The position numbers and the translations under genes were made by a program. From the NCBI RefSeq assembly GCF_054482595.1, contig NZ_CM137008.1: DNA of 64,000 nucleotides, one strand, 5' to 3'. A model generated the notes under the pieces. It worked only from the letters and a program-made list of their open reading frames with translations, was not told where the DNA came from and searched no databases. Below are positions 1 to 10,124 of this stretch, in pieces (position 1 is the first letter of the stretch; the number at the start of each line of letters is the position of its first letter).

Positions 1-350
1 AATTTGGCGAGAAATTGTTGCACGCCGGAGGTTTGTTTGGCTTTTAACTGACGTTTGTTCTGGGCGGCGATTTCTGCGGCATCCTGTACCGGTGCTTCTC
101 CCAGCAGCTCGCTCATCGCTTTTGCGGCACGATGCGCTTTACCAGGCCCAAAAACGACCTGCACCTGGTCACTGGTCAAAATGACGCCCTTCACGCCTTC
201 CAGCGTTTTGATATCGGGATCAACCAGTGAACTGTCATGTACACCCAGACGCAGGCGCGTCATACAGTTACCACAACTGGCGATATTTCCCGGTCCGCCG
301 ACACGGGTAAGAATGGTGTTCAGAAGTTCACTGCTGATCTCTTTGACCAT
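1..350 (-). CDS. murP: PTS N-acetylmuramic acid-specific EIIBC component, N-terminal part only (C-terminus lies beyond window start)
   Basis: Minus-strand translation from ATG at 350 gives [35 protein letters not shown] with the PTS EIIB cysteine motif; RBS AAGGA upstream; lies 3 nt downstream of murQ stop as in the murQP operon. Confidence 0.85.
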   Translation of the reverse strand, partial: MVKEISSELLNTILTRVGGPGNIASCGNCMTRLRLGVHDSSLVDPDIKTLEGVKGVILTSDQVQVVFGPGKAHRAAKAMSELLGEAPVQDAAEIAAQNKRQLKAKQTSGVQQFLAK

Positions 351-353
351 GGG

Positions 354-1250
354 TTATTCCTTGTCTAAAACCTGACGAATAAAGCCGCCGTGTTGATCCA
401 GGCGTTTTTTAGCTTCTGCGGCATCGAGATTTTTCAGTACCATCACAATGGCCGTTTTACAGTTGCGCTCGCAGGCAATTAACGCCGCTTCCGCTTGTTC
501 GGCATTACATCCGGTGGCGTTTTTAACAATATTGACCTGGCGCACATGCAGTTTTTCGTTGGTGGCGACCACATCGACCATCAGGTTGCCGAACACTTTG
601 CCAGATTTAATCATCAGCCCGGTGGAGAGCATATTGAGCACCAGTTTCTGCGCTGTACCTGCTTTCATCCGCGAAGAACCGGTAACCACTTCGGCACCTA
701 CAATCGGTGTAATGGCAAACTCTGCGGTGGTTGAAACGGCGCTCCCCGGATTACAGGAAATTCCCACTGTGCGGCAGCCGAGCTGGCGTGCGTATTCCAG
801 TCCGGCAATTACATACGGCGTGCGACCACTGGCCGCAATGCCAACCACCACATCCTGCGCGGTTAAGCCGATGTTTTTCAGGTCGTTAACACCACCTTCC
901 CGGCTATCTTCAGCGCCTTCCACCGCGTGCTGAATGGCATATTCGCCTCCAGCAATCAAACCAACCACCAAACCCGGTTTCACGCCATAGGTGGGCGGAC
1001 ATTCGCTGGCATCCAGAATCCCCAGACGACCGGATGTTCCCGCACCGAGATAAATCAGACGACCGCCGCCGCTGACCTGGGCGTGGATAACATCGATCGC
1101 CGCGGCGATATCCGGCAGTACGCGCTCAACGGCGAGTGGTACAGTTTTATCTTCATCGTTGATAATCCGGCACATTTCCAGCGTTGATACGCGGTCAATT
1201 TCAGCCGAGGCGGCGTTCGAGCCTTCGGTAATCATCTTTTCAAGTTGCAT
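354..1250 (-). CDS. murQ: N-acetylmuramic acid 6-phosphate etherase (SIS domain)
   Basis: 298-aa ORF; sequence and length match MurQ as recalled; divergent from murR. Confidence 0.93.
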   Translation of the reverse strand: MQLEKMITEGSNAASAEIDRVSTLEMCRIINDEDKTVPLAVERVLPDIAAAIDVIHAQVSGGGRLIYLGAGTSGRLGILDASECPPTYGVKPGLVVGLIAGGEYAIQHAVEGAEDSREGGVNDLKNIGLTAQDVVVGIAASGRTPYVIAGLEYARQLGCRTVGISCNPGSAVSTTAEFAITPIVGAEVVTGSSRMKAGTAQKLVLNMLSTGLMIKSGKVFGNLMVDVVATNEKLHVRQVNIVKNATGCNAEQAEAALIACERNCKTAIVMVLKNLDAAEAKKRLDQHGGFIRQVLDKE

Positions 1251-1413
1251 CGGTGGTGACCTTACTATTTACGATCAAATAATTGCAGATGTATGGAATC
1301 ATATATCCCGAATTGACAGACTTAAAGGAATCATTGAGTCTACACTCGCAGAGTGTGAAGAGCGTCATAAGAACTTAAGCGGAATTTTTGCTGCCAGCCC
1401 AGGAGAGTGGAAG

Positions 1414-2271
1414 ATGTTGTACCTGACGAAAATACGCAATGCGGAAAGTGAATTTACCGAGAACGAGCAAAAAATTGCTGACTTTCTGCGGGCCAACGTG
1501 AGTGAGCTGAAATCCGTCTCTTCGCGCAAGATGGCGAAACAGCTCGGCATCAGCCAGTCGAGTATTGTGAAGTTTGCCCAGAAGCTCGGCGCACAAGGAT
1601 TTACTGAATTGCGTATGGCGTTAATAGGCGAATACAGTGCCAGCCGGGAGAAAACGAATGCCACTGCGCTGCACCTGCACAGTTCGATTACCAGTGATGA
1701 TTCGCTGGAAGTGATTGCCCGCAAACTGAATCGCGAAAAAGAGCTGGCGCTGGAGCAAACCTGCACGTTGTTCGACTACGCGCGGCTGCAAAAAATCATT
1801 GAGGTCATCAGTAAAGCACCGTTTATCCAGATAACGGGCCTGGGCGGATCGGCGCTGGTGGGGCGCGATCTGTCGTTCAAACTGATGAAAATTGGCTATC
1901 GCGTGGCCTGCGAAGCCGACACGCACGTACAAGCCACCGTTTCCCAGGCGTTGAAAAAAGGCGATGTACAAATCGCTATCTCTTACAGCGGCAGTAAAAA
2001 AGAGATTGTCTTGTGCGCAGAAGCGGCACGAAAGCAGGGGGCAACGGTGATTGCCATTACTTCTCTGGCTGACTCTCCGCTGCGGCGGCTGGCGCATTTC
2101 ACGCTCGATACCGTTTCCGGTGAAACCGAATGGCGTAGCTCGTCGATGTCTACCCGCACGGCGCAAAATTCTGTTACCGATTTACTGTTTGTTGGTCTTG
2201 TGCAACTCAATGATGTGGAGTCATTGAAAATGATTCAGCGCAGCAGTGAGCTAACACAACGCCTGAAATGA
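1414..2271 (+). CDS. murR: RpiR/MurR-family HTH transcriptional repressor of murQP
   Basis: 285 aa from internal ATG at 1414 (MLYLTKIRN...), HTH plus SIS domain; ORF-track N-terminal extension rejected. Confidence 0.9.
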   Translation: MLYLTKIRNAESEFTENEQKIADFLRANVSELKSVSSRKMAKQLGISQSSIVKFAQKLGAQGFTELRMALIGEYSASREKTNATALHLHSSITSDDSLEVIARKLNREKELALEQTCTLFDYARLQKIIEVISKAPFIQITGLGGSALVGRDLSFKLMKIGYRVACEADTHVQATVSQALKKGDVQIAISYSGSKKEIVLCAEAARKQGATVIAITSLADSPLRRLAHFTLDTVSGETEWRSSSMSTRTAQNSVTDLLFVGLVQLNDVESLKMIQRSSELTQRLK

Positions 2272-2399
2272 TGCATAAAGCAGCGACTGGATTGAGATTT
2301 TCCTGAATTAGTGAGCTGATCCGCAGCAATATTTTGTTTATCCTGTATTTTCAGAGGGAATGGAGTGTAACGCTCTGTATTAACAAGGAGAGCATTAAA

Positions 2400-3191
2400 A
2401 TGGGTAAACTCACGGGCAAGACAGCACTGATTACGGGCGCATTGCAGGGAATTGGCGAAGGAATTGCCAGAACTTTTGCGCGTCATGGCGCAAACCTAAT
2501 CTTGCTGGATATCTCCCCTGAGATCGAAAAGCTGGCGGACGAACTGTGTGGTCGTGGTCATCGCTGTACGGCGGTTGTCGCCGATGTGCGTGACCCGGCG
2601 TCGGTAGCCGCAGCTATCAAACGCGCGAAGGAAAAAGAAGGGCGCATTGATATCCTGGTGAATAACGCAGGCGTTTGTCGTCTGGGCAGTTTCCTCGATA
2701 TGAGCGATGACGATCGCGATTTCCATATTGACATCAATATTAAAGGCGTATGGAACGTCACGAAGGCGGTGCTGCCGGAGATGATTGCCCGCAAAGATGG
2801 TCGCATTGTGATGATGTCTTCGGTCACTGGCGATATGGTGGCCGATCCGGGTGAAACGGCGTACGCCTTAACGAAAGCGGCGATTGTTGGCCTGACAAAA
2901 TCGCTGGCGGTGGAGTATGCGCAGTCTGGTATTCGCGTTAACGCCATATGCCCTGGATACGTTCGCACACCAATGGCGGAAAGCATTGCCCGCCAGTCGA
3001 ACCCGGAAGATCCAGAGTCAGTGCTGACTGAAATGGCAAAAGCAATCCCGCTGCGTCGCCTCGCCGATCCGCTGGAAGTCGGCGAACTGGCGGCCTTCCT
3101 CGCATCGGATGAATCCAGCTATTTAACCGGTACACAGAATGTGATTGATGGCGGCAGCACACTGCCGGAGACGGTTAGCGTCGGTATCTGA
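2400..3191 (+). CDS. ucpA: Short-chain dehydrogenase/reductase (oxidoreductase UcpA)
   Basis: 263 aa from ATG at 2400; TGxxxGIG Rossmann motif (TGALQGIGEGIA) and YxxxK-type SDR fold; position between murR and cysP. Confidence 0.9.
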   Translation: MGKLTGKTALITGALQGIGEGIARTFARHGANLILLDISPEIEKLADELCGRGHRCTAVVADVRDPASVAAAIKRAKEKEGRIDILVNNAGVCRLGSFLDMSDDDRDFHIDINIKGVWNVTKAVLPEMIARKDGRIVMMSSVTGDMVADPGETAYALTKAAIVGLTKSLAVEYAQSGIRVNAICPGYVRTPMAESIARQSNPEDPESVLTEMAKAIPLRRLADPLEVGELAAFLASDESSYLTGTQNVIDGGSTLPETVSVGI

Positions 3192-3204
3192 TTCACCTCT
3201 GTTT

Positions 3205-3240
3205 CCTCCCTGCATGTGTGGGGAGGATTTCGTCTTATTC
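3205..3240 (+). terminator. Putative intrinsic terminator downstream of ucpA
   Basis: Inverted repeat cctccc-N9-ggggagg followed by a T-rich tract. Confidence 0.4.
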
Positions 3241-3348
3241 CCTTTTCAACTTCCAAATCACCAAACGGTATATAAAACCGTTACTCCTTTCACGTCCGTT
3301 ATAAATATGATGGCTATTAGAAAGTCATTAAATTTATAAGGGTGCGCA

Positions 3349-4365
3349 ATGGCCGTTAACTTACTGAAAAAGAACTCACTCGCGCTGGTCGCTTCTCTGC
3401 TGCTGGCGGGCCATGTACAGGCAACGGAACTGCTGAACAGTTCTTATGACGTCTCCCGCGAGCTGTTTGCCGCCCTGAACCCGCCGTTTGAACAGCAATG
3501 GGCCAAAGATAACGGCGGCGACAAACTGACGATAAAACAATCTCATGCCGGGTCATCAAAACAGGCGCTGGCAATTTTGCAGGGCTTAAAAGCCGACGTT
3601 GTCACTTATAACCAGGTGACCGACGTACAAATTCTGCACGATAAAGGCAAGCTTATCCCGGCGGACTGGCAGTCGCGCCTGCCGAATAATAGCTCGCCGT
3701 TCTACTCCACCATGGGCTTCCTGGTGCGTAAGGGCAACCCGAAGAATATCCACGACTGGAACGACCTGGTGCGCTCCGACGTGAAACTGATTTTCCCGAA
3801 CCCGAAAACGTCGGGTAACGCGCGTTATACCTATCTGGCGGCATGGGGCGCAGCGGATAAAGCTGACGGTGGCGACAAAGCCAAAACCGAACAGTTTATG
3901 ACCCAGTTCCTGAAAAACGTTGAAGTGTTCGATACTGGCGGTCGTGGCGCGACCACCACTTTTGCCGAGCGCGGCCTGGGCGATGTGCTGATCAGCTTCG
4001 AGTCGGAAGTGAACAACATCCGCAAACAGTATGAAGCGCAGGGCTTTGAAGTGGTGATTCCGAAAACCAACATTCTGGCGGAATTCCCGGTGGCGTGGGT
4101 CGATAAAAACGTGCAGGCCAACGGTACGGAAAAAGCAGCAAAAGCCTACCTGAACTGGCTCTACAGCCCGCAGGCGCAAACCATCATCACCGACTATTAC
4201 TACCGCGTGAATAACCCGGAAGTCATGGACAAACTGAAAGATAAATTCCCGCAGACCGAGCTGTTCCGCGTGGAAGACAAATTTGGCTCCTGGCCGGAAG
4301 TGATGAAAACCCACTTCACCAGCGGCGGCGAGTTAGACAAGCTGTTAGCGGCGGGGCGTAATTAA
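3349..4365 (+). CDS. cysP: Thiosulfate/sulfate-binding periplasmic protein
   Basis: 338 aa with signal peptide; first gene of cysPUWA(M) cluster. Confidence 0.95.
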   Translation: MAVNLLKKNSLALVASLLLAGHVQATELLNSSYDVSRELFAALNPPFEQQWAKDNGGDKLTIKQSHAGSSKQALAILQGLKADVVTYNQVTDVQILHDKGKLIPADWQSRLPNNSSPFYSTMGFLVRKGNPKNIHDWNDLVRSDVKLIFPNPKTSGNARYTYLAAWGAADKADGGDKAKTEQFMTQFLKNVEVFDTGGRGATTTFAERGLGDVLISFESEVNNIRKQYEAQGFEVVIPKTNILAEFPVAWVDKNVQANGTEKAAKAYLNWLYSPQAQTIITDYYYRVNNPEVMDKLKDKFPQTELFRVEDKFGSWPEVMKTHFTSGGELDKLLAAGRN

Positions 4366-5198
4366 TGTTTGCAGTTTCTTCAAGACGCGTGCTGCCGGGC
4401 TTTACCTTAAGCCTCGGCACCAGTCTGCTGTTTGTTTGCCTGATTTTGCTGCTGCCGCTTTCCGCGCTGGTGATGCAGCTTTCTGAGATGAGCTGGGCGC
4501 AGTACTGGGAAGTGATCACCAACCCGCAGGTGGTCGCGGCCTACAAAGTGACGCTGCTGTCGGCGTTTGTGGCATCAATTTTTAACGGCGTTTTCGGCCT
4601 GCTGATGGCGTGGATTTTAACCCGTTATCGCTTTCCGGGCCGCACGCTGCTTGATGCGCTGATGGATTTACCCTTTGCGCTGCCAACGGCAGTCGCCGGT
4701 TTAACGCTGGCCTCGCTCTTTTCTGTAAACGGTTTTTACGGTGAATGGCTGGCGAAGTTTGATATCAAAGTCACCTATACATGGCTGGGGATTGCGGTGG
4801 CGATGGCCTTTACTAGCATTCCGTTTGTGGTACGTACCGTGCAGCCGGTGCTGGAAGAGTTAGGCCCGGAATATGAAGAAGCGGCGGAAACGCTTGGTGC
4901 AACGCGCTGGCAGAGTTTCTGCAAAGTGGTGCTGCCGGAACTTTCTCCGGCGCTGGTGGCGGGCGTGGCGTTGTCGTTTACCCGTAGTCTTGGTGAGTTT
5001 GGCGCGGTGATATTTATCGCCGGGAACATCGCCTGGAAGACGGAAGTGACGTCGCTGATGATTTTTGTGCGCTTGCAGGAGTTTGATTACCCGGCGGCGA
5101 GCGCGATTGCTTCGGTGATCCTCGCGGCATCCCTGATACTGCTGTTCTCAATTAACACTCTGCAAAGTCGCTTTGGTCGGCGTGTGGTAGGTCATTAA
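4365..5198 (+). CDS. cysU: Sulfate/thiosulfate ABC transporter permease
   Basis: 277 aa multi-TM permease; start overlaps cysP stop (translational coupling). Confidence 0.95.
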   Translation: MFAVSSRRVLPGFTLSLGTSLLFVCLILLLPLSALVMQLSEMSWAQYWEVITNPQVVAAYKVTLLSAFVASIFNGVFGLLMAWILTRYRFPGRTLLDALMDLPFALPTAVAGLTLASLFSVNGFYGEWLAKFDIKVTYTWLGIAVAMAFTSIPFVVRTVQPVLEELGPEYEEAAETLGATRWQSFCKVVLPELSPALVAGVALSFTRSLGEFGAVIFIAGNIAWKTEVTSLMIFVRLQEFDYPAASAIASVILAASLILLFSINTLQSRFGRRVVGH

Positions 5199-6073
5199 TG
5201 GCGGAAGTTACCCAATTGAAGCGTTATGACGCGCGCCCGATTAACTGGGGCAAATGGTTTCTGATTGGCATCGGGATGCTGGTATCGGCGTTCATCCTGC
5301 TGGTGCCGATGATTTACATCTTCGTGCAGGCATTCAGCAAGGGGCTGATGCCGGTTTTACAGAATCTGGCCGATCCGGACATGCTGCACGCGATTTGGCT
5401 GACGGTGATGATCGCGCTGATTGCCGTACCGGTAAACCTGGTGTTCGGCATTCTGCTGGCCTGGCTGGTGACGCGCTTTAACTTCCCTGGACGCCAGTTA
5501 CTGCTGACGCTACTGGACATTCCGTTTGCCGTATCGCCGGTGGTTGCCGGTCTGGTGTATCTGCTGTTCTACGGCTCTAACGGCCCGCTGGGCGGCTGGC
5601 TGGATGAACATAATCTGCAAATTATGTTCTCCTGGCCGGGAATGGTGCTGGTCACCATCTTTGTGACGTGTCCGTTTGTGGTGCGCGAGCTGGTGCCGGT
5701 GATGTTAAGCCAGGGCAGCCAGGAAGACGAAGCGGCGATTTTGCTTGGCGCGTCTGGCTGGCAGATGTTTCGCCGCGTCACATTGCCGAACATTCGCTGG
5801 GCGCTGCTTTATGGCGTGGTGTTGACCAACGCCCGCGCAATTGGCGAGTTTGGCGCGGTGTCGGTGGTTTCCGGCTCGATTCGCGGCGAAACCCTGTCGC
5901 TGCCGTTACAGATTGAATTGCTGGAGCAGGACTACAACACCGTCGGCTCCTTTACCGCTGCGGCGCTGTTAACGCTGATGGCGATTATCACCCTGTTTTT
6001 AAAAAGTATGTTGCAGTGGCGCCTGGAGAATCAGGAAAAACGCGCACAGCAGGAGGAACATCATGAGCATTGA
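5198..6073 (+). CDS. cysW: Sulfate/thiosulfate ABC transporter permease
   Basis: 291 aa permease; start overlaps cysU stop. Confidence 0.95.
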   Translation: MAEVTQLKRYDARPINWGKWFLIGIGMLVSAFILLVPMIYIFVQAFSKGLMPVLQNLADPDMLHAIWLTVMIALIAVPVNLVFGILLAWLVTRFNFPGRQLLLTLLDIPFAVSPVVAGLVYLLFYGSNGPLGGWLDEHNLQIMFSWPGMVLVTIFVTCPFVVRELVPVMLSQGSQEDEAAILLGASGWQMFRRVTLPNIRWALLYGVVLTNARAIGEFGAVSVVSGSIRGETLSLPLQIELLEQDYNTVGSFTAAALLTLMAIITLFLKSMLQWRLENQEKRAQQEEHHEH

Positions 6074-7160
6074 GATTGCCAATATTAAGAAGTCGTTTGG
6101 TCGCACCCAGGTGCTGAACGATATCTCACTGGATATTCCTTCAGGTCAGATGGTCGCGTTGCTGGGGCCGTCCGGTTCCGGGAAAACCACGCTGCTGCGC
6201 ATTATCGCTGGGCTGGAGCATCAAACCAGCGGGCATATTCGCTTCCACGGCACCGACGTGAGCCGCCTGCACGCACGTGATCGTAAAGTCGGTTTCGTGT
6301 TCCAGCATTACGCGCTGTTCCGCCATATGACGGTGTTCGACAATATCGCTTTTGGCCTGACGGTGCTGCCGCGTCGCGAGCGCCCGAATGCCGCAGCCAT
6401 CAAAGCGAAAGTGACAAAATTGCTGGAAATGGTGCAGCTTGCCCATCTGGCGGATCGTTATCCGGCGCAGCTTTCCGGCGGCCAGAAACAGCGTGTGGCG
6501 CTGGCGCGCGCGCTGGCTGTGGAACCGCAAATTCTGCTGCTTGATGAACCGTTTGGCGCGTTGGATGCGCAGGTGCGTAAAGAGCTGCGTCGCTGGCTGC
6601 GTCAACTCCATGAAGAGCTGAAATTCACCAGCGTGTTCGTGACCCATGACCAGGAAGAAGCGACCGAAGTAGCTGATCGTGTAGTGGTGATGAGCCAGGG
6701 CAATATCGAGCAGGCTGATGCGCCGGACCAGGTATGGCGCGAACCAGCGACCCGTTTTGTACTCGAATTTATGGGCGAAGTGAACCGCCTGCAGGGAACC
6801 ATTCGCGGCGGGCAGTTCCATGTTGGCGCACATCGCTGGCCGCTGGGCTACACACCTGCGTATCAGGGGCCGGTGGATCTCTTCCTGCGCCCGTGGGAAG
6901 TGGATATCAGCCGCCGTACCAGTCTCGATTCGCCGCTGCCGGTACAGGTACTGGAAGCCAGCCCGAAAGGTCACTACACCCAATTAGTGGTGCAGCCGCT
7001 GGGGTGGTACAACGAACCGCTGACGGTCGTGATGCATGGCGACGATGCCCCGCAGCGTGGCGAGCGTTTATTCGTTGGTCTGCAACATGCGCGGCTGTAT
7101 AACGGCGACGAGCGTATCGAAACCCGAGATGAGGAACTTGCTCTCGCACAAAGCGCCTGA
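6063..7160 (+). CDS. cysA: Sulfate/thiosulfate ABC transporter ATP-binding protein
   Basis: 365 aa; Walker [13 protein letters not shown] signature LSGGQKQR; overlaps cysW by 11 nt. Confidence 0.95.
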   Translation: MSIEIANIKKSFGRTQVLNDISLDIPSGQMVALLGPSGSGKTTLLRIIAGLEHQTSGHIRFHGTDVSRLHARDRKVGFVFQHYALFRHMTVFDNIAFGLTVLPRRERPNAAAIKAKVTKLLEMVQLAHLADRYPAQLSGGQKQRVALARALAVEPQILLLDEPFGALDAQVRKELRRWLRQLHEELKFTSVFVTHDQEEATEVADRVVVMSQGNIEQADAPDQVWREPATRFVLEFMGEVNRLQGTIRGGQFHVGAHRWPLGYTPAYQGPVDLFLRPWEVDISRRTSLDSPLPVQVLEASPKGHYTQLVVQPLGWYNEPLTVVMHGDDAPQRGERLFVGLQHARLYNGDERIETRDEELALAQSA

Positions 7161-7181
7161 TAGGTTGAGTGAATGTTAAAC

Positions 7182-7214
7182 GCCCGGAGGCGCTTCCCGC
7201 GATCCGGGCTTTTT
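7182..7214 (+). terminator. Terminator-like hairpin in cysA-cysM intergenic region
   Basis: gcccgga ... tccgggc stem followed by ttttt. Confidence 0.35.
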
Positions 7215-7237
7215 AATGGCAAGGTTTGTAACCTGTA

Positions 7238-7270
7238 GGCCTGATAAGACGCGCAAGCGTCGCATCAGGC
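7238..7270. repeat. REP (repetitive extragenic palindromic) element
   Basis: ggcctgataagacgcgcaagcgtcgcatcaggc, a typical E. coli REP palindrome; a near-identical copy at 29203..29234. Confidence 0.8.
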
Positions 7271-7293
7271 AACACCACGTATGGACAGAGATC

Positions 7294-8205
7294 GTGAGTA
7301 CATTAGAACAAACAATAGGCAATACGCCTCTGGTGAAGTTGCAGCGAATGGGGCCGAATAACGGCAGTGAAGTGTGGTTAAAACTGGAAGGCAATAACCC
7401 GGCCGGTTCGGTGAAAGATCGTGCGGCGCTTTCGATGATCGTCGAGGCGGAAAAGCGCGGGGAAATTAAACCGGGTGATGTGTTAATCGAAGCCACCAGT
7501 GGTAACACCGGCATTGCGCTGGCAATGATTGCCGCGCTTAAAGGCTATCGCATGAAATTGCTGATGCCCGACAACATGAGCCAGGAACGCCGTGCGGCGA
7601 TGCGTGCTTATGGTGCGGAACTGATTCTTGTCACCAAAGAGCAGGGCATGGAAGGTGCGCGCGATCTGGCGCTGGAGATGGCGAATCGTGGCGAAGGAAA
7701 GCTGCTCGATCAGTTCAATAATCCCGATAACCCTTATGCGCATTACACCACCACCGGGCCGGAAATCTGGCAGCAAACCGGCGGGCGCATCACTCATTTT
7801 GTCTCCAGCATGGGGACGACCGGCACTATCACCGGCGTTTCACGCTTTATGCGCGAACAATCCAAACCGGTAACGATTGTCGGCCTACAGCCGGAAGAGG
7901 GCAGCAGCATTCCCGGCATTCGCCGCTGGCCTGCGGAGTATATGCCGGGGATTTTCAACGCTTCGCTGGTGGATGAGGTGCTGGATATTCATCAGCGCGA
8001 TGCGGAAAACACCATGCGCGAACTGGCGGTGCGGGAAGGAATATTCTGTGGCGTCAGCTCCGGCGGCGCGGTTGCCGGAGCACTGCGGGTGGCAAAAGCT
8101 AACCCTGACGCGGTGGTGGTGGCGATCATCTGCGATCGTGGCGATCGCTACCTTTCTACCGGGGTGTTTGGGGAAGAGCATTTTAGCCAGGGGGCGGGGA
8201 TTTAA
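7294..8205 (+). CDS. cysM: Cysteine synthase B (O-acetylserine sulfhydrylase B)
   Basis: 303 aa from GTG at 7294 (VSTLEQTIGNTPLVKL...), PLP-dependent fold; ORF-track extension across the REP rejected. Confidence 0.92.
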   Translation: MSTLEQTIGNTPLVKLQRMGPNNGSEVWLKLEGNNPAGSVKDRAALSMIVEAEKRGEIKPGDVLIEATSGNTGIALAMIAALKGYRMKLLMPDNMSQERRAAMRAYGAELILVTKEQGMEGARDLALEMANRGEGKLLDQFNNPDNPYAHYTTTGPEIWQQTGGRITHFVSSMGTTGTITGVSRFMREQSKPVTIVGLQPEEGSSIPGIRRWPAEYMPGIFNASLVDEVLDIHQRDAENTMRELAVREGIFCGVSSGGAVAGALRVAKANPDAVVVAIICDRGDRYLSTGVFGEEHFSQGAGI

Positions 8206-8207
8206 GA

Positions 8208-8576
8208 TTATTGCGCAGGCACTGTTTTATCCGTCTGCGCAATTAACGCATGTAAAAAAGGCTGTGCATTCTCATCGCTCTTACCGGGCATCTTCACGAT
8301 ATACGGCTTCCCGGTAATCGATGATGACGAAGCAACCTTATCAATAAACTGCTCGGCAGTGTTAATGCGGTTACGGGTATTGCCGAGCTTCAGACGCAGA
8401 TGAGAAACCGCTTCATCGCAGGTATGTTCATCACCGTTGCGCACAAATATCAAATCCTTTTTCTGTGCTAATCCCTCCAGCATGGCGTTGATGCGGGCTT
8501 CTTCATGGGCAGTTAACTTCGCGTAAGCGGGGAGTGTCATTAGTAGTGTAATGACCAGACAAATGATTTTCTTCAT
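8208..8576 (-). CDS. yfeK: Secreted/lipoprotein-like protein YfeK (DUF5329-type)
   Basis: 122-aa ORF with signal peptide, matches YfeK as recalled; divergent from pdxK; its stop lies 2 nt from the cysM stop. Confidence 0.8.
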   Translation of the reverse strand: MKKIICLVITLLMTLPAYAKLTAHEEARINAMLEGLAQKKDLIFVRNGDEHTCDEAVSHLRLKLGNTRNRINTAEQFIDKVASSSSITGKPYIVKMPGKSDENAQPFLHALIAQTDKTVPAQ

Positions 8577-8601
8577 TGAATTACCTTATCCTTGTTTTGT
8601 G

Positions 8602-8667
<66 letters not shown>

Positions 8668-8680
8668 GAGAAAAAATTAA

Positions 8681-9532
8681 ATGAGTAGTTTGTTGTTGTT
8701 TAACGATAAGAGCAGGGCACTGCAGGCGGATATCGTCGCCGTGCAGTCGCAGGTAGTGTACGGCAGCGTAGGCAACAGCATTGCGGTGCCTGCTATCAAA
8801 CAGAACGGTCTGAATGTCTTTGCCGTGCCGACGGTATTGCTGAGCAATACGCCGCATTATGACACTTTCTACGGTGGTGCGATTCCGGACGAATGGTTTA
8901 GCGGCTATTTGCGTGCGCTTCAGGAGCGTGATGCGCTGCGCCAACTTCGAGCTGTAACCACGGGCTATATGGGAACGGCATCGCAAATCAAAATCCTTGC
9001 CGAGTGGCTGACTGCGCTACGCAAAGACCATCCTGACCTATTGATCATGGTCGATCCGGTGATTGGCGATATTGATAGCGGAATTTATGTCAAACCTGAC
9101 CTTCCCGAGGCGTATCGACAATATTTACTGCCACTAGCGCAGGGAATTACCCCCAATATCTTTGAGCTGGAAATCCTGACCGGTAAAAATTGCCGCGATC
9201 TCGACAGTGCCATTGCTGCCGCAAAAAGTCTGCTTTCAGACACATTAAAATGGGTGGTGATTACCAGCGCCTCCGGTAATGAAGAAAATCAGGAGATGCA
9301 GGTGGTGGTGGTCAGTGCCGACAGCGTGAATGTCATTTCCCATTCACGGGTAAAAACCGACCTTAAAGGGACTGGCGACCTGTTTTGTGCTCAGCTCATC
9401 AGTGGCTTGCTGAAAGGGAAGGCGTTAACCGATGCAGTGCACCGAGCGGGGTTGCGCGTACTGGAAGTGATGCGCTACACCCAGCAGCATGAGAGCGATG
9501 AATTGATTTTGCCGCCGCTGGCGGAAGCATAA
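8681..9532 (+). CDS. pdxK: Pyridoxal/pyridoxine/pyridoxamine kinase
   Basis: 283 aa, ribokinase-like fold; matches PdxK. Confidence 0.93.
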   Translation: MSSLLLFNDKSRALQADIVAVQSQVVYGSVGNSIAVPAIKQNGLNVFAVPTVLLSNTPHYDTFYGGAIPDEWFSGYLRALQERDALRQLRAVTTGYMGTASQIKILAEWLTALRKDHPDLLIMVDPVIGDIDSGIYVKPDLPEAYRQYLLPLAQGITPNIFELEILTGKNCRDLDSAIAAAKSLLSDTLKWVVITSASGNEENQEMQVVVVSADSVNVISHSRVKTDLKGTGDLFCAQLISGLLKGKALTDAVHRAGLRVLEVMRYTQQHESDELILPPLAEA

Positions 9533-9560
9533 AAAAATGGCGCCGATGGGCGCCATTTTT
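9533..9560. terminator. Bidirectional intrinsic terminator between convergent pdxK and crr
   Basis: aaaaaaatggcgcc-gatg-ggcgccattttt perfect hairpin flanked by A and T runs. Confidence 0.8.
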
Positions 9561-9574
9561 CACTGCGGCAAGAA

Positions 9575-10084
9575 TTACTTCTTGATGCGGATAACCGGGG
9601 TTTCACCCACGGTTACGCTACCGGACAGTTTGATCAGTTCTTTGATTTCGTCCATGTTGGAGATAACAACCGGAGTCAGGGTAGACTTGGCTTTCTCTTC
9701 CAGCAGCGGCAGATCAAATTCAATGACAGTATCGCCAACTTTCACGCGCTGACCTTCTTCAGCAATACGCTTGAAGCCTTCGCCTTTCAGTTCAACGGTG
9801 TCGATACCGAAGTGGACGAACAGTTCAACGCCGCTATCAGATTCGATAGAGAATGCGTGGTTGGTTTCAAAGATTTTACCAATGGTGCCGTCTACAGGCG
9901 CGACCATTTTGTTACCCGTTGGTTTGATAGCAATACCATCACCAACGATTTTTTCCGCAAAAACGACATCCGGCACGTCTTCGATATTGACGATCTCGCC
10001 AGAGAGCGGAGCAATGATCTCAATAGTTCCGGTATCCTTCTTGTCGTCGGAAACCAGAGATTTCAGTTTATCGAACAAACCCAT
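9575..10084 (-). CDS. crr: PTS glucose-specific EIIA component (EIIA-Glc)
   Basis: 169 aa, sequence matches Crr. Confidence 0.97.
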
Positions 10085-10124
10085 GATCTTCTCCTAAGCA
10101 GTAAATTGGGCCGCATCTCGTGGA

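Noticed and set aside
55-375. 106-aa plus-strand ORF at the window start
   Set aside because: Overlaps the murP N-terminus, which has a clear PTS EIIB motif on the minus strand.
1159-1413. N-terminal extensions proposed by the ORF track (murR from 1159; also cysM from 7216, zipA from 14634, nupC, lpxP, yfdE, pdeA, fryB, cscR)
   Set aside because: The extensions run through intergenic, promoter or REP sequence, and internal starts reproduce the protein N-termini I recall; the longest-ORF rule overcalls here.
3586-4314. 242-aa minus-strand ORF antisense to cysP
   Set aside because: Lies entirely inside a well-supported gene on the opposite strand; no RBS or domain signal; typical antisense shadow ORF in GC-rich coding sequence.
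6141-6983. 280-aa minus-strand ORF antisense to cysA
   Set aside because: Same reasoning; cysA has unambiguous ABC ATPase motifs on the plus strand.
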